DNA from: an uncultured Bacteroidaceae bacterium
GTDB lineage: Bacteria > Bacteroidota > Bacteroidia > Bacteroidales > Bacteroidaceae
Assembly: GCA_964596865.1 (NCBI GenBank)
Contig: CAZQVW010000002.1
Location: 1-26,519, forward strand
Length of the DNA: 26,519 nucleotides
Reading direction: 5' to 3'
Under the pieces are notes generated by a model that saw nothing but the letters and a program-made list of their open reading frames with translations, was not told the origin of the DNA and did no database searches. Positions within the stretch are counted from its first letter, which is position 1, and each line of letters starts with the position of its first letter. The position numbers and the translations under genes were made by a program. Positions 11,716 through 18,747 of the stretch are shown here, one piece after another.

Positions 11716-13386
11716 CTATATCATCATCAACAGAATCATCTGGACGAGGATGACGCGGGCGAACATACACAGGGGATAGACAGTGGTATAGGCAACGGAG
11801 GCCTTGTCGGACGAGGAGGTGTCGTTCACATAATCCAGAGCCATGGGATTGGCCATCGCTCCGCATAGCAGTCCGCCCACCGTAGCCAAATCCAATCGGC
11901 AGAAGCGCAGTATCAGCCAGCCGCACGCCACCACGGGCATCACCGTGATGAGAAATCCCAATGCCACCCACATTGCGCCCTCCGGCCGGATGACGGTATC
12001 GAAAAATCTGGGCCCGGCCTGCAATCCCAGGCAGGCCAGAAAGACGGCCAGTCCCAATGCGCGCAGCATCAGATTGACAGAGGAGGTGGTATATGTGAGC
12101 ATGTGGAAGCGCGGGCCGTAGGCGCCCACAAGGATACCGATGATGATGGGGCCGCCCGCGAGCCCCAGTTTCACCGGCACGCTCATCGAGGGTATCGTTA
12201 CGGGCACAGAGCCGAGGGCCACGCCCACGATTATTCCAATGAAGATTGCCACGAGGTTTGGCTCGTCCAAATTTTTCACCACGTTGCCCAGCAGGTTGGC
12301 CACGTGCTCCACAGATTTTTCTTCGCCGATGGCAGTGAGGCGGTCGCCGATACGCAATACCAAATCGGGCGTTGCCACCAGTTCCATGCCGGCGCGCTTC
12401 ACGCGGCTCACGTTCACTTGGAAGCGGTTTCTCAATTGCAGTGCGCCGAGGCGCTTGCCGTTGATTTCGCGCTTGGTGATAACAATTCTTTTGGAGATAA
12501 GATTGCGGTCGAGCTTGTTCCAATCTATTCCGGCCTTGTTCCAATCATCGCTGTCGCGCTCGCCAAAGAAGATTGTGAGGCGCTCCAAATCTTTTTTCTT
12601 TGTGATGACGAGGATACGGTCGTTGGCTTTGAGGATGGTGGTGGCATCGGGCAGGCTCACCTTGTCGTCGCGCCACAGGCGGGACACCACAAACTCGTTG
12701 CCGGTGAGCTGGGCCACCTCCTTGAGCGTCTTGCCCATCACGGCGGGGTTCTTGACGTGGAAAGACACGATAAAGGCCTCGTTTTCCTGCTCCTCGGACG
12801 CCGACTGTTTGGTGGATTTCTTGCCTATGTGGGTGAAGCGCAATACCATGTAGGCCAATATTACGCCCACCACGCCCAGCGGGTAGGTAACGGCGCATCC
12901 CAGCGACATGGAGGCCGCCTCATCGTTCATTCCCATCTGGGAGAGGGCTTGCTGGGCCGTGCCGAGGGCGGGGGTGTTGGTGGTGGCGCCGCAAAGCACG
13001 CCCATCATATCCGTTAGCGACACGGGCGTAACCCACGAGCAGGCCACGGCTAATAATGTGCCAACTATCACTACCCCTAAGGCCAACAAATTCAATGTGG
13101 TGCCCCCTCTGCGGAAGGCACTGATAAAGCCCGGGCCCACCTGTAATCCCAATGTGTACACAAACAATACCAATCCGCTGTTCATGGCATATTGCAGGAT
13201 TACGGGATTAATCCTCAATCCACAATGCCCCGCCAAGATGCCCATAAAGAATACAAACGTAACGCCCAGACCCACGCCTCGGATTTTCAGGCGGCCTAAG
13301 GAAATTCCCGTGGCGCATATCACTGCTATCAATAGCAGTGCGTAGACATCTTGAGGCAGTTGTAAAATTGTATTTAGCCAATCCAT
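11716..13386 (-). CDS. AspT/YidE/YbjL family putative transporter (aspartate:alanine antiporter-like) with TrkA-C domains
   Basis: 556 aa from MDWLNTIL; hydrophobic N- and C-terminal blocks with LFVYTLGLQVGPGF, GATTNTPALG, KLGLAGGPIIIG, GAMANPMAL..YTTVYPL; central soluble RCK_C-like repeats (VVSRLWR..D, VSRVKRAG). Start set at 13386 because the -7 promoter box lies inside the longer ORF extension. Confidence 0.88.
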   Translation of the reverse strand: MDWLNTILQLPQDVYALLLIAVICATGISLGRLKIRGVGLGVTFVFFMGILAGHCGLRINPVILQYAMNSGLVLFVYTLGLQVGPGFISAFRRGGTTLNLLALGVVIVGTLLAVACSWVTPVSLTDMMGVLCGATTNTPALGTAQQALSQMGMNDEAASMSLGCAVTYPLGVVGVILAYMVLRFTHIGKKSTKQSASEEQENEAFIVSFHVKNPAVMGKTLKEVAQLTGNEFVVSRLWRDDKVSLPDATTILKANDRILVITKKKDLERLTIFFGERDSDDWNKAGIDWNKLDRNLISKRIVITKREINGKRLGALQLRNRFQVNVSRVKRAGMELVATPDLVLRIGDRLTAIGEEKSVEHVANLLGNVVKNLDEPNLVAIFIGIIVGVALGSVPVTIPSMSVPVKLGLAGGPIIIGILVGAYGPRFHMLTYTTSSVNLMLRALGLAVFLACLGLQAGPRFFDTVIRPEGAMWVALGFLITVMPVVACGWLILRFCRLDLATVGGLLCGAMANPMALDYVNDTSSSDKASVAYTTVYPLCMFARVILVQMILLMMI

Positions 13387-13446
13387 AATAAATCTTGTTG
13401 GATAAAAAGAAGACAGAGGCAAAATAGTGTGCTTGTTCTTGCGGAA

Positions 13447-13456
13447 TGCAAAGTTA
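13447..13456 (-). promoter_or_regulatory. Bacteroidetes sigma-70 -7 element for the transporter
   Basis: Minus strand reads TAACTTTGCA, matching TAnnTTTG, 62 nt upstream of the ATG. No clear -33 TTTG was found. Confidence 0.65.
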
Positions 13457-13597
13457 GAAATTTTTCCTAACATAATCTGCTCACGTAGGACTAACGACAA
13501 TGTGCACCGCAAATTTTGCCAAAAGCCTGCTACGCCGCATTTCTTGCGTTACAAATTCCGAAAAGTCCGAGAAAAAGGCAAAAAAGCTCGCGCAAAA

Positions 13598-13702
13598 TCC
13601 ACTTCCAATCGTTTTGACTATCGTTAACAGTGCTGTAACAATAACTAAACAGTACTGTAACAATAACTAAACAGTACTGTTAAGATAATGTTACAGTACT
13701 GT
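13598..13702. repeat. Dispersed element: 22-bp-period array of ACAGTACTGT palindromes with a conserved left flank (copy 1)
   Basis: ACAGTGCTGT at 13627 and ACAGTACTGT at 13649, 13671, 13693 (period 22). 13649-13702 is a 54-bp imperfect palindrome (24/27 pairs). 13598-13654 matches 26463-26519 at 55/57. Confidence 0.95.
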
Positions 13703-13747
13703 GAACGCAAACTATCTCGGGATTTTTTGAAATTAGCAGGGCGATTT

Positions 13748-13779
13748 TTTGCCGCTTCGCGCGAAAAAGACTAAATTTG
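13748..13779 (+). promoter_or_regulatory. Bacteroidetes sigma-70 promoter for the sulfatase
   Basis: TTTG (13748-13751), 20-nt spacer, TAAATTTG (13772-13779): canonical TTTG-N19-21-TAnnTTTG. Confidence 0.75.
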
Positions 13780-13884
13780 CCGAGCAAAATGGCGGTGAAG
13801 TAGCGCTATAATCATATTGAAATGCGCGAACCGCGGCGTTCTCACTCTTAAATCTATTCTCCTCACCCATATACCTTATTTATT

Positions 13885-15483
13885 ATGAGACATCCTTCAT
13901 TGATTTTCGGCGTTCTGTCGGCAGCCGCCATAAATCCTTTGTTCTCGCTGGCGCAACAAGGACAAAACGGTGGTAATAAGCAATCTAATCCTATCGGTCA
14001 GCGTACGGGCGTGGTGGCTCAGCGCCCCAATGTGGTGTTTATCTACGCCGATGACTTGGGATATGGCGATTTGGAGTGTTATGGTGCGAAGAATGTGAAG
14101 ACACCTAATGTCAATCGCTTGGCAAAGGACGGCTGCCGCTTCACTAACGCGTTTGCGGTGGCGGCTACCAGTACGCCGTCGCGCTATTCCCTGCTCACGG
14201 GCGAATATTCGTGGAGGCGTAAGGGCACCGATATAGCGCGGGGCGATGCCGGTATGATTATCAGACCGGAACAATACACCGTGGCCGACCTATTCAAGAA
14301 CGAAGGCTATGCCACGGGCGCTTTTGGCAAGTGGCACCTCGGGCTCGGCGACAAAACCGGTGAGCAGGATTGGAACGCCCCGCTGCCGTGCGGGTTGGCC
14401 GACCTCGGGTTCGACTATTCGTATATCATGGCCGCCACGGGCGACCGTGTGCCCTGCGTCTTTATTGAGAACGGGCGCGTGGCCAACTGGGATGCCGACC
14501 ACCCCATCTATGTGAGCTACACCAAACCCTTCGCCGGCGAGCCCACCGGTAAGGACAGGCCCGACCTCTGTTATAATCAGATGTGGGATTACGACCACAA
14601 CCAAGCTATCGTGAACGGTATCGGGCGCATAGGATGGATGAAGGGCGGCGGCAAAGCGCTGTGGAAGGATGAGAATATCGCTGACTCTATCGCCGCTCAC
14701 GCCGTGGCCTTTATGCGCAAACATAAGGACGAACCGTTTTTTATGTACGTGGCTACTAACGATATTCATGTGCCCAGATTTCCCAATCAGCGCTTCCGCG
14801 GAAAAACCAACATGGGTGTCCGCGGCGATGTGATTGCTCAATTTGATTGGACGGTGGGCGAAATCCTCCAAACGCTGAAAGACCTGAAATTAGACGACAA
14901 AACCCTCGTCATACTCACCAGCGACAACGGTCCGGTGGTGAATGACGGGTATAAAGACCAAGCGGTGGAACTGCTGAACGGCCATAGTCCGGCGGGCCCC
15001 TTGCGCGGTAATAAATACAGTACTCTTGAGGGTGGCACACGCATTCCCTTTATCGTGCGCTGGCCCGGAAAAGTGAAGGCTGGCGAGCAATCCGCCGCCC
15101 TGCTCTCACAAATAGATTTCTTTGCGTCGATGGCCAACCTCCTGCAGGCCAAAATCCCTGCGGGCGCGGCAAAGGACAGTCGCAACGCCCTCAATACGTG
15201 GACAAATATCGTGCCGACCGACCGCGAGTGGGTGATTGAGCAGGCTGTGGACCACACCCTTTCCCTTCGCAACCGCACATGGAAATATATCGAGCCTACC
15301 GATTCGCGCCCCTACGTGGACGCGGCCCAGCATATTGATATGGGCTATTCCCCGCAGCCCCAATTATATAAAGTAAGCGAGGACGTCCACGAAGATAACA
15401 ACGTGGCCGCCCTCTATCCCGACACCCTCTTTCGTATGCAGACCCTTTTAAGGCATCTGGCCCGCCAGCGTGCACAATATTAG
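13885..15483 (+). CDS. Ser-type sulfatase (family S1, arylsulfatase-like), secreted
   Basis: YADDLGYGD metal ligands, formylglycine motif STPSRYSLLTG with Ser, GKWHLG, SDNG; N-terminal signal peptide ending ..LFSLA-QQ. Confidence 0.92.
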   Translation: MRHPSLIFGVLSAAAINPLFSLAQQGQNGGNKQSNPIGQRTGVVAQRPNVVFIYADDLGYGDLECYGAKNVKTPNVNRLAKDGCRFTNAFAVAATSTPSRYSLLTGEYSWRRKGTDIARGDAGMIIRPEQYTVADLFKNEGYATGAFGKWHLGLGDKTGEQDWNAPLPCGLADLGFDYSYIMAATGDRVPCVFIENGRVANWDADHPIYVSYTKPFAGEPTGKDRPDLCYNQMWDYDHNQAIVNGIGRIGWMKGGGKALWKDENIADSIAAHAVAFMRKHKDEPFFMYVATNDIHVPRFPNQRFRGKTNMGVRGDVIAQFDWTVGEILQTLKDLKLDDKTLVILTSDNGPVVNDGYKDQAVELLNGHSPAGPLRGNKYSTLEGGTRIPFIVRWPGKVKAGEQSAALLSQIDFFASMANLLQAKIPAGAAKDSRNALNTWTNIVPTDREWVIEQAVDHTLSLRNRTWKYIEPTDSRPYVDAAQHIDMGYSPQPQLYKVSEDVHEDNNVAALYPDTLFRMQTLLRHLARQRAQY

Positions 15484-15603
15484 GTAGCAAGGGACGAGAA
15501 AGTGGGGATTGGTGTTCTTGTTTTTGAGTTATCGGCGTTTGTGTTGCCCATATATGGGCGGATACAGGAAATATTGCGTAAATGTTACGCGAGAATTGAA
15601 CCG

Positions 15604-15628
15604 GTAGGGGCGGGTTTAATACCCGCCC
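15604..15628 (+). repeat. GTAG-type REP element
   Basis: GTAG, then perfect stem GGGCGGGT (15608-15615), loop TTAAT, ACCCGCCC (15621-15628). Confidence 0.7.
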
Positions 15629-15664
15629 GCCGATTGTTGATGCTGTTAATGGTGTGAATTATAA

Positions 15665-15768
15665 GGTATTATCCTGCTGTTTTGCGGGCGTCTATAAAGC
15701 ACCCCAAATTTTCGTACCTAAAATTTTGAGAACCCCGCAAAACCAGCCCTACGGGTTTGGATAATACC
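15665..15768. repeat. Long imperfect inverted repeat containing a degenerate reverse-oriented REP
   Basis: GGTATTATCC (15665-15674) / GGATAATACC (15759-15768) perfect; GCTGTTTTGCGGG (15676-15688) / CCCGCAAAACCAGC (15734-15747) with one indel; the minus strand at 15752 reads GTAGGGCTGGTTTT. Confidence 0.7.
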
Positions 15769-15801
15769 GACAATTGTGCGTAAATCGCGGTGTGAAAACA
15801 A

Positions 15802-16254
15802 TTATTTGGTTTCGATGGTGGCGTCTGCTTCTTTCAAGACCAAATGTTTAGCGGCGTATTTCTTTGGGGCTTTCACTATGAGCACGGGCTGTATCTGATA
15901 TGAGCGGCGCTCCTTGCCCAATGTCTCTTGATAAGAGAAAATGAGGCTGTCGCCGGAGAGCTTGAGGCTGACGGGCGTGAGCAAATCCTCGTAGGAAGTG
16001 GTGTCGCGGATGATGGCGATGACAAACTCCTTATCAAAATCCACCTTTGTGGGTTCTCCGTCTTTTCCCATAAAGGCGGCGGTTCCAAAGAGGCTGTCAA
16101 ATTGGGCTTGGCTCTCTATTTTATTGGGCTTTTGGGTGGCATCGTTGCGGTAGAAATAGTTGTTCACGGTTTGAAACGCGATGTCCTCGGTGGAGGAGCA
16201 CCCCATCATTAATAATGCGGCGAGTGATAGAAAAGCAATCTTTTTGAAATTCAT
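15802..16254 (-). CDS. Uncharacterised lipoprotein (150 aa)
   Basis: MNFKKIAFLSLAALLMMG-C19: basic N-region, hydrophobic core and lipobox Cys. Start set at 16254 instead of 16329. No family assigned with confidence. Confidence 0.8.
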   Translation of the reverse strand: MNFKKIAFLSLAALLMMGCSSTEDIAFQTVNNYFYRNDATQKPNKIESQAQFDSLFGTAAFMGKDGEPTKVDFDKEFVIAIIRDTTSYEDLLTPVSLKLSGDSLIFSYQETLGKERRSYQIQPVLIVKAPKKYAAKHLVLKEADATIETK

Positions 16255-16356
16255 ATTGATGAGTGTTCTTTGGTTTGTATTCTGCGGATTTTTGTGGGAT
16301 GGCCGCCACGTGGCAATTCCAAAACCCAAAGGGGCGCACCTTTTGTCGCCACTGGT

Positions 16357-16896
16357 CTATATTATATGGTGAATGGCATTGTAATTCTTGAAATACTGCC
16401 ACATTGCCATTGACGCTGCGCACGATATATTGAATGAATGCTTCGTGCCCACCTGCGGAATTTCCAAACAGTAGTCGCTCAGATCCACTACCTGTTGGCT
16501 TACGCCCTTTACCTCGTTGCCTAAGACCAAGGCCAGCGGACGCGTGTCCTCCCAATCCTGCATACTGACGCTGTCCTCCACCTGTTCCAAACTGATGATG
16601 GGCAACCCCTGCGCCCGAAGTGCCTTAACGCAATCGATGGTGTCCTTATAATATTGCCAGCTCACGGAATCCTCGGCGCCGAGGGCGGTCTTATGAATTT
16701 CGGGGTGAGGTGGGGCGGCTGTGATGCCGCAAAGACAGACCCTCTCCACCCTAAAGCCATCGGCAGTGCGCAATACCGACCCTACATTGTACATACTGCG
16801 CACATTATCCAATACCACTGTGAGCGGCACCTTCTTGGCTTGGCGAAACTGCTCCGGCGTCAGTCGCTGCATCTCTAAAACACTTAGTTTGTGCAT
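16357..16896 (-). CDS. TrmH/SpoU family (SPOUT) RNA methyltransferase
   Basis: VVLDNVRSMYNVGSVLRTAD, LVLGNEVKGVS, EIPQVGTKHSFNISCA: the three SPOUT motifs; 179 aa, catalytic domain only. Confidence 0.92.
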   Translation of the reverse strand: MHKLSVLEMQRLTPEQFRQAKKVPLTVVLDNVRSMYNVGSVLRTADGFRVERVCLCGITAAPPHPEIHKTALGAEDSVSWQYYKDTIDCVKALRAQGLPIISLEQVEDSVSMQDWEDTRPLALVLGNEVKGVSQQVVDLSDYCLEIPQVGTKHSFNISCAASMAMWQYFKNYNAIHHII

Positions 16897-16920
16897 CTAA
16901 ATTTCTTGGTTTGTGATTAA

Positions 16921-16930
16921 TGCAAAGTTA
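16921..16930 (-). promoter_or_regulatory. -7 promoter element for the methyltransferase-lipoprotein pair
   Basis: Minus strand reads TAACTTTGCA, 26 nt upstream of the ATG at 16896. Confidence 0.65.
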
Positions 16931-17076
16931 CATCTTTTTCTATCTCTGCCCGTAAAGGGCACATATAAATAATGTTATTCGCTTTGCGCGCGGGTGAAGG
17001 GGCGGCGATGATTGGATGCGGTGATAAATGGATGGTTAAATAGTTTGAAACCTGAATAGTGCGCCGTATTATTTAC

Positions 17077-17084
17077 TAATTTTG
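17077..17084 (+). promoter_or_regulatory. -7 promoter element for the DUF4294 gene
   Basis: TAATTTTG(CA), ending 8 nt before the ATG at 17093. Confidence 0.55.
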
Positions 17085-17092
17085 CAGGTGCT

Positions 17093-17773
17093 ATGAAGAA
17101 AATCAACTTCACATATTTTATAGGCGACAAATTTCGCGCTCATAGGCTGTGGATTGCCATGCTGTGCGGGTGTGCGTGCCTGTGGGTGAGTCTGCCTGTG
17201 GTTGCGCAGAATACTAATGGCAACCGCCCCGACCAGAACGACACCATTCAGGTGGCTATGTATGTGAAGATAGACCGCGCATATTATAAGGGCGATAGTA
17301 TCCCCAATATCACGCTCCACGAATTTTATAAGACGCCGCCCCCAAAATTTGCCAACGACCGCCAACGCCAGCGCTATAATAAGCTCGTGCGCGATGTGCG
17401 CTATGTTTTCCCCTATGCCAAACTAACGCGCCAAATTCTGGTGGAGACTTACGATTATCTCCAGACCCTCCCAAACGAAAAGGCTAAGCAGGCGCATATC
17501 AAGGCCGTGGAGCGAGGGCTGAAGGAGCAATACGAGCCCACTGTCCGCAAGATTACAAAAAAACAGGGCAAACTCTTGGTGAAACTTATCGATCGCGAGT
17601 GCGGTCAGACATCTTATGAAATGATTAAGGCTTTTGTAGGTTCTTTCCGCGCCAATATGTATAACGCCATCAGTTTCCTTTTCGGCAATAACCTCCGCAA
17701 ACACTATGATCCCGAGGGCGAAGACAAGGAAATAGAGATGATAGTGCGCAAAGTGGAGAGTGGCCAATTGTAA
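17093..17773 (+). CDS. DUF4294 family exported protein
   Basis: Recognised from RYNKLVRDVRYVFPYAK, QGKLLVKLIDRECG and the C-terminal YDPEGEDKEIE..VESGQL; N-terminal signal-like segment ending LPVVA-Q. Confidence 0.75.
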   Translation: MKKINFTYFIGDKFRAHRLWIAMLCGCACLWVSLPVVAQNTNGNRPDQNDTIQVAMYVKIDRAYYKGDSIPNITLHEFYKTPPPKFANDRQRQRYNKLVRDVRYVFPYAKLTRQILVETYDYLQTLPNEKAKQAHIKAVERGLKEQYEPTVRKITKKQGKLLVKLIDRECGQTSYEMIKAFVGSFRANMYNAISFLFGNNLRKHYDPEGEDKEIEMIVRKVESGQL

Positions 17774-17842
17774 AAGTACCTTTTCATATTTTATCCATTT
17801 AGGAACGAATCCGTTGCGCAGCGGTGTGCTCGTGACGACTTC

Positions 17843-17855
17843 AAACCGCCCCTAC
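17843..17855 (-). repeat. Degenerate GTAG-type REP-like motif
   Basis: Minus strand reads GTAGGGGCGGTTT, nearly identical to GTAGGGGCGGGTTT at 15604; the right arm of the palindrome is degenerate. Confidence 0.45.
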
Positions 17856-17997
17856 ATGGCTAACACAAACACGTTCTTGTCTTACCATAACACCAATAAT
17901 GCGCAAATGTGGTAATACGAGACGCAAATTCCCTGACTTTTATTTTAACGGACACCCCAAAAAAGAAGTAGAGGAAAGATGGTGGCAACAGCAATTG

Positions 17998-18609
17998 CTA
18001 AGGAATTGTCTTAAAGGAATAGCCCTCCTTTATGAGCCATTCGATGCTACGGGGCAGAGCTGTCCATAATTTGTCGGCACTGCGCAGGGAATCGTGAAAA
18101 GTGATGATGCTGCCAGGGCGAGCGAAGCGCTTCACATTCTCGAATACTTGGTTGGCGTTGAGGCGCTTGGAATAATCGCGAGTAACCAAGTCCCACATCA
18201 CCAACTTATAGTGGCGCTTCAGGAAATGATATTGCGCATGGCGAAGCCAACCGTGGGGTGGGCGGAAGAGGTCGGTATGGATATAGGTATTGGCCTTGTG
18301 GATATTGCGCAGATAAGTGCCGGTGGTATGACGCATTCCGCTATAGTGGTTGAATGTGTGATTACCCAGGCGATGGCCGCGCTCTTTCACCATCTGGAAT
18401 ACTTCGGGGTACTTCCTCACATTGTCGCCCACCATAAAAAACGTGGCTTTGATGCCATAGTGGTCAAGAATATCGAGCACACGCGGCGTTACCTCGGGTA
18501 TTGGGCCATCATCAAAGGTAAGATAGATGGCTTTCTCGCCTGTGTTGATGCGCCATATTGCGTTGGGATACAGGATACGGAGCCAAGGGGCGGGCTGCTC
18601 GATAAACAT
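17998..18609 (-). CDS. Polysaccharide deacetylase (CE4/NodB family), no signal peptide
   Basis: YLTFDDGP, ATFF, GNHTFNH (H-x-x-x-H), FRPPHG, WDLVTRDY, IITFHD. Confidence 0.93.
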   Translation of the reverse strand: MFIEQPAPWLRILYPNAIWRINTGEKAIYLTFDDGPIPEVTPRVLDILDHYGIKATFFMVGDNVRKYPEVFQMVKERGHRLGNHTFNHYSGMRHTTGTYLRNIHKANTYIHTDLFRPPHGWLRHAQYHFLKRHYKLVMWDLVTRDYSKRLNANQVFENVKRFARPGSIITFHDSLRSADKLWTALPRSIEWLIKEGYSFKTIP

Positions 18610-18649
18610 AGGTTATAAGTGGTGATAAAAAGGAAAAATGAGTGTATAT

Positions 18650-18710
18650 AAAAGCGAGCTATCCCAAAGTTCGGTTGCCTTTGAGGGCAGGGGGCTTTGG
18701 AATAGCTCGC
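18650..18710 (-). terminator. Long hairpin between the DUF2723 gene and the deacetylase
   Basis: GCGAGCTAT (18654-18662) / ATAGCTCGC (18702-18710), CCAAAG/CTTTGG, inner TGCC/GGCA; followed by TTTTATAT on the minus strand. Confidence 0.65.
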
Positions 18711-18747
18711 TGTGATTGTCAGACACTCATTTCTGAAAACTTTATTG

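Noticed and set aside
11511-11868. ORFs of 80 and 107 aa spanning the 22-bp repeat
   Set aside because: The 22-bp period is not a multiple of 3, the ORFs cross a terminator hairpin and overlap the transporter's 3' end, and their composition is not protein-like.
11594-13345. Alternative-frame and antisense ORFs over the transporter (316, 304, 237, 145 aa)
   Set aside because: GC-rich shadow ORFs of a clearly recognisable membrane protein gene.
13653-13698. TACTGT..ACAGTA as LexA/SOS boxes
   Set aside because: The half-sites resemble the gammaproteobacterial box, but the spacer is CTGT-N12-ACAG instead of N8, and that box type is not the one described for Bacteroidetes.
13626-13702. The 22-bp array as a mini-CRISPR
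   Set aside because: The units are contiguous with no unique spacers, and no cas genes are present.
16255-16329. 25-aa N-terminal extension of the lipoprotein ORF; similar extensions on the transporter (13387-13512) and DUF3857 (26390-26473) ORFs
   Set aside because: Downstream Met codons give proper signal or TM starts, and for the transporter and DUF3857 the promoter boxes lie inside the extensions.
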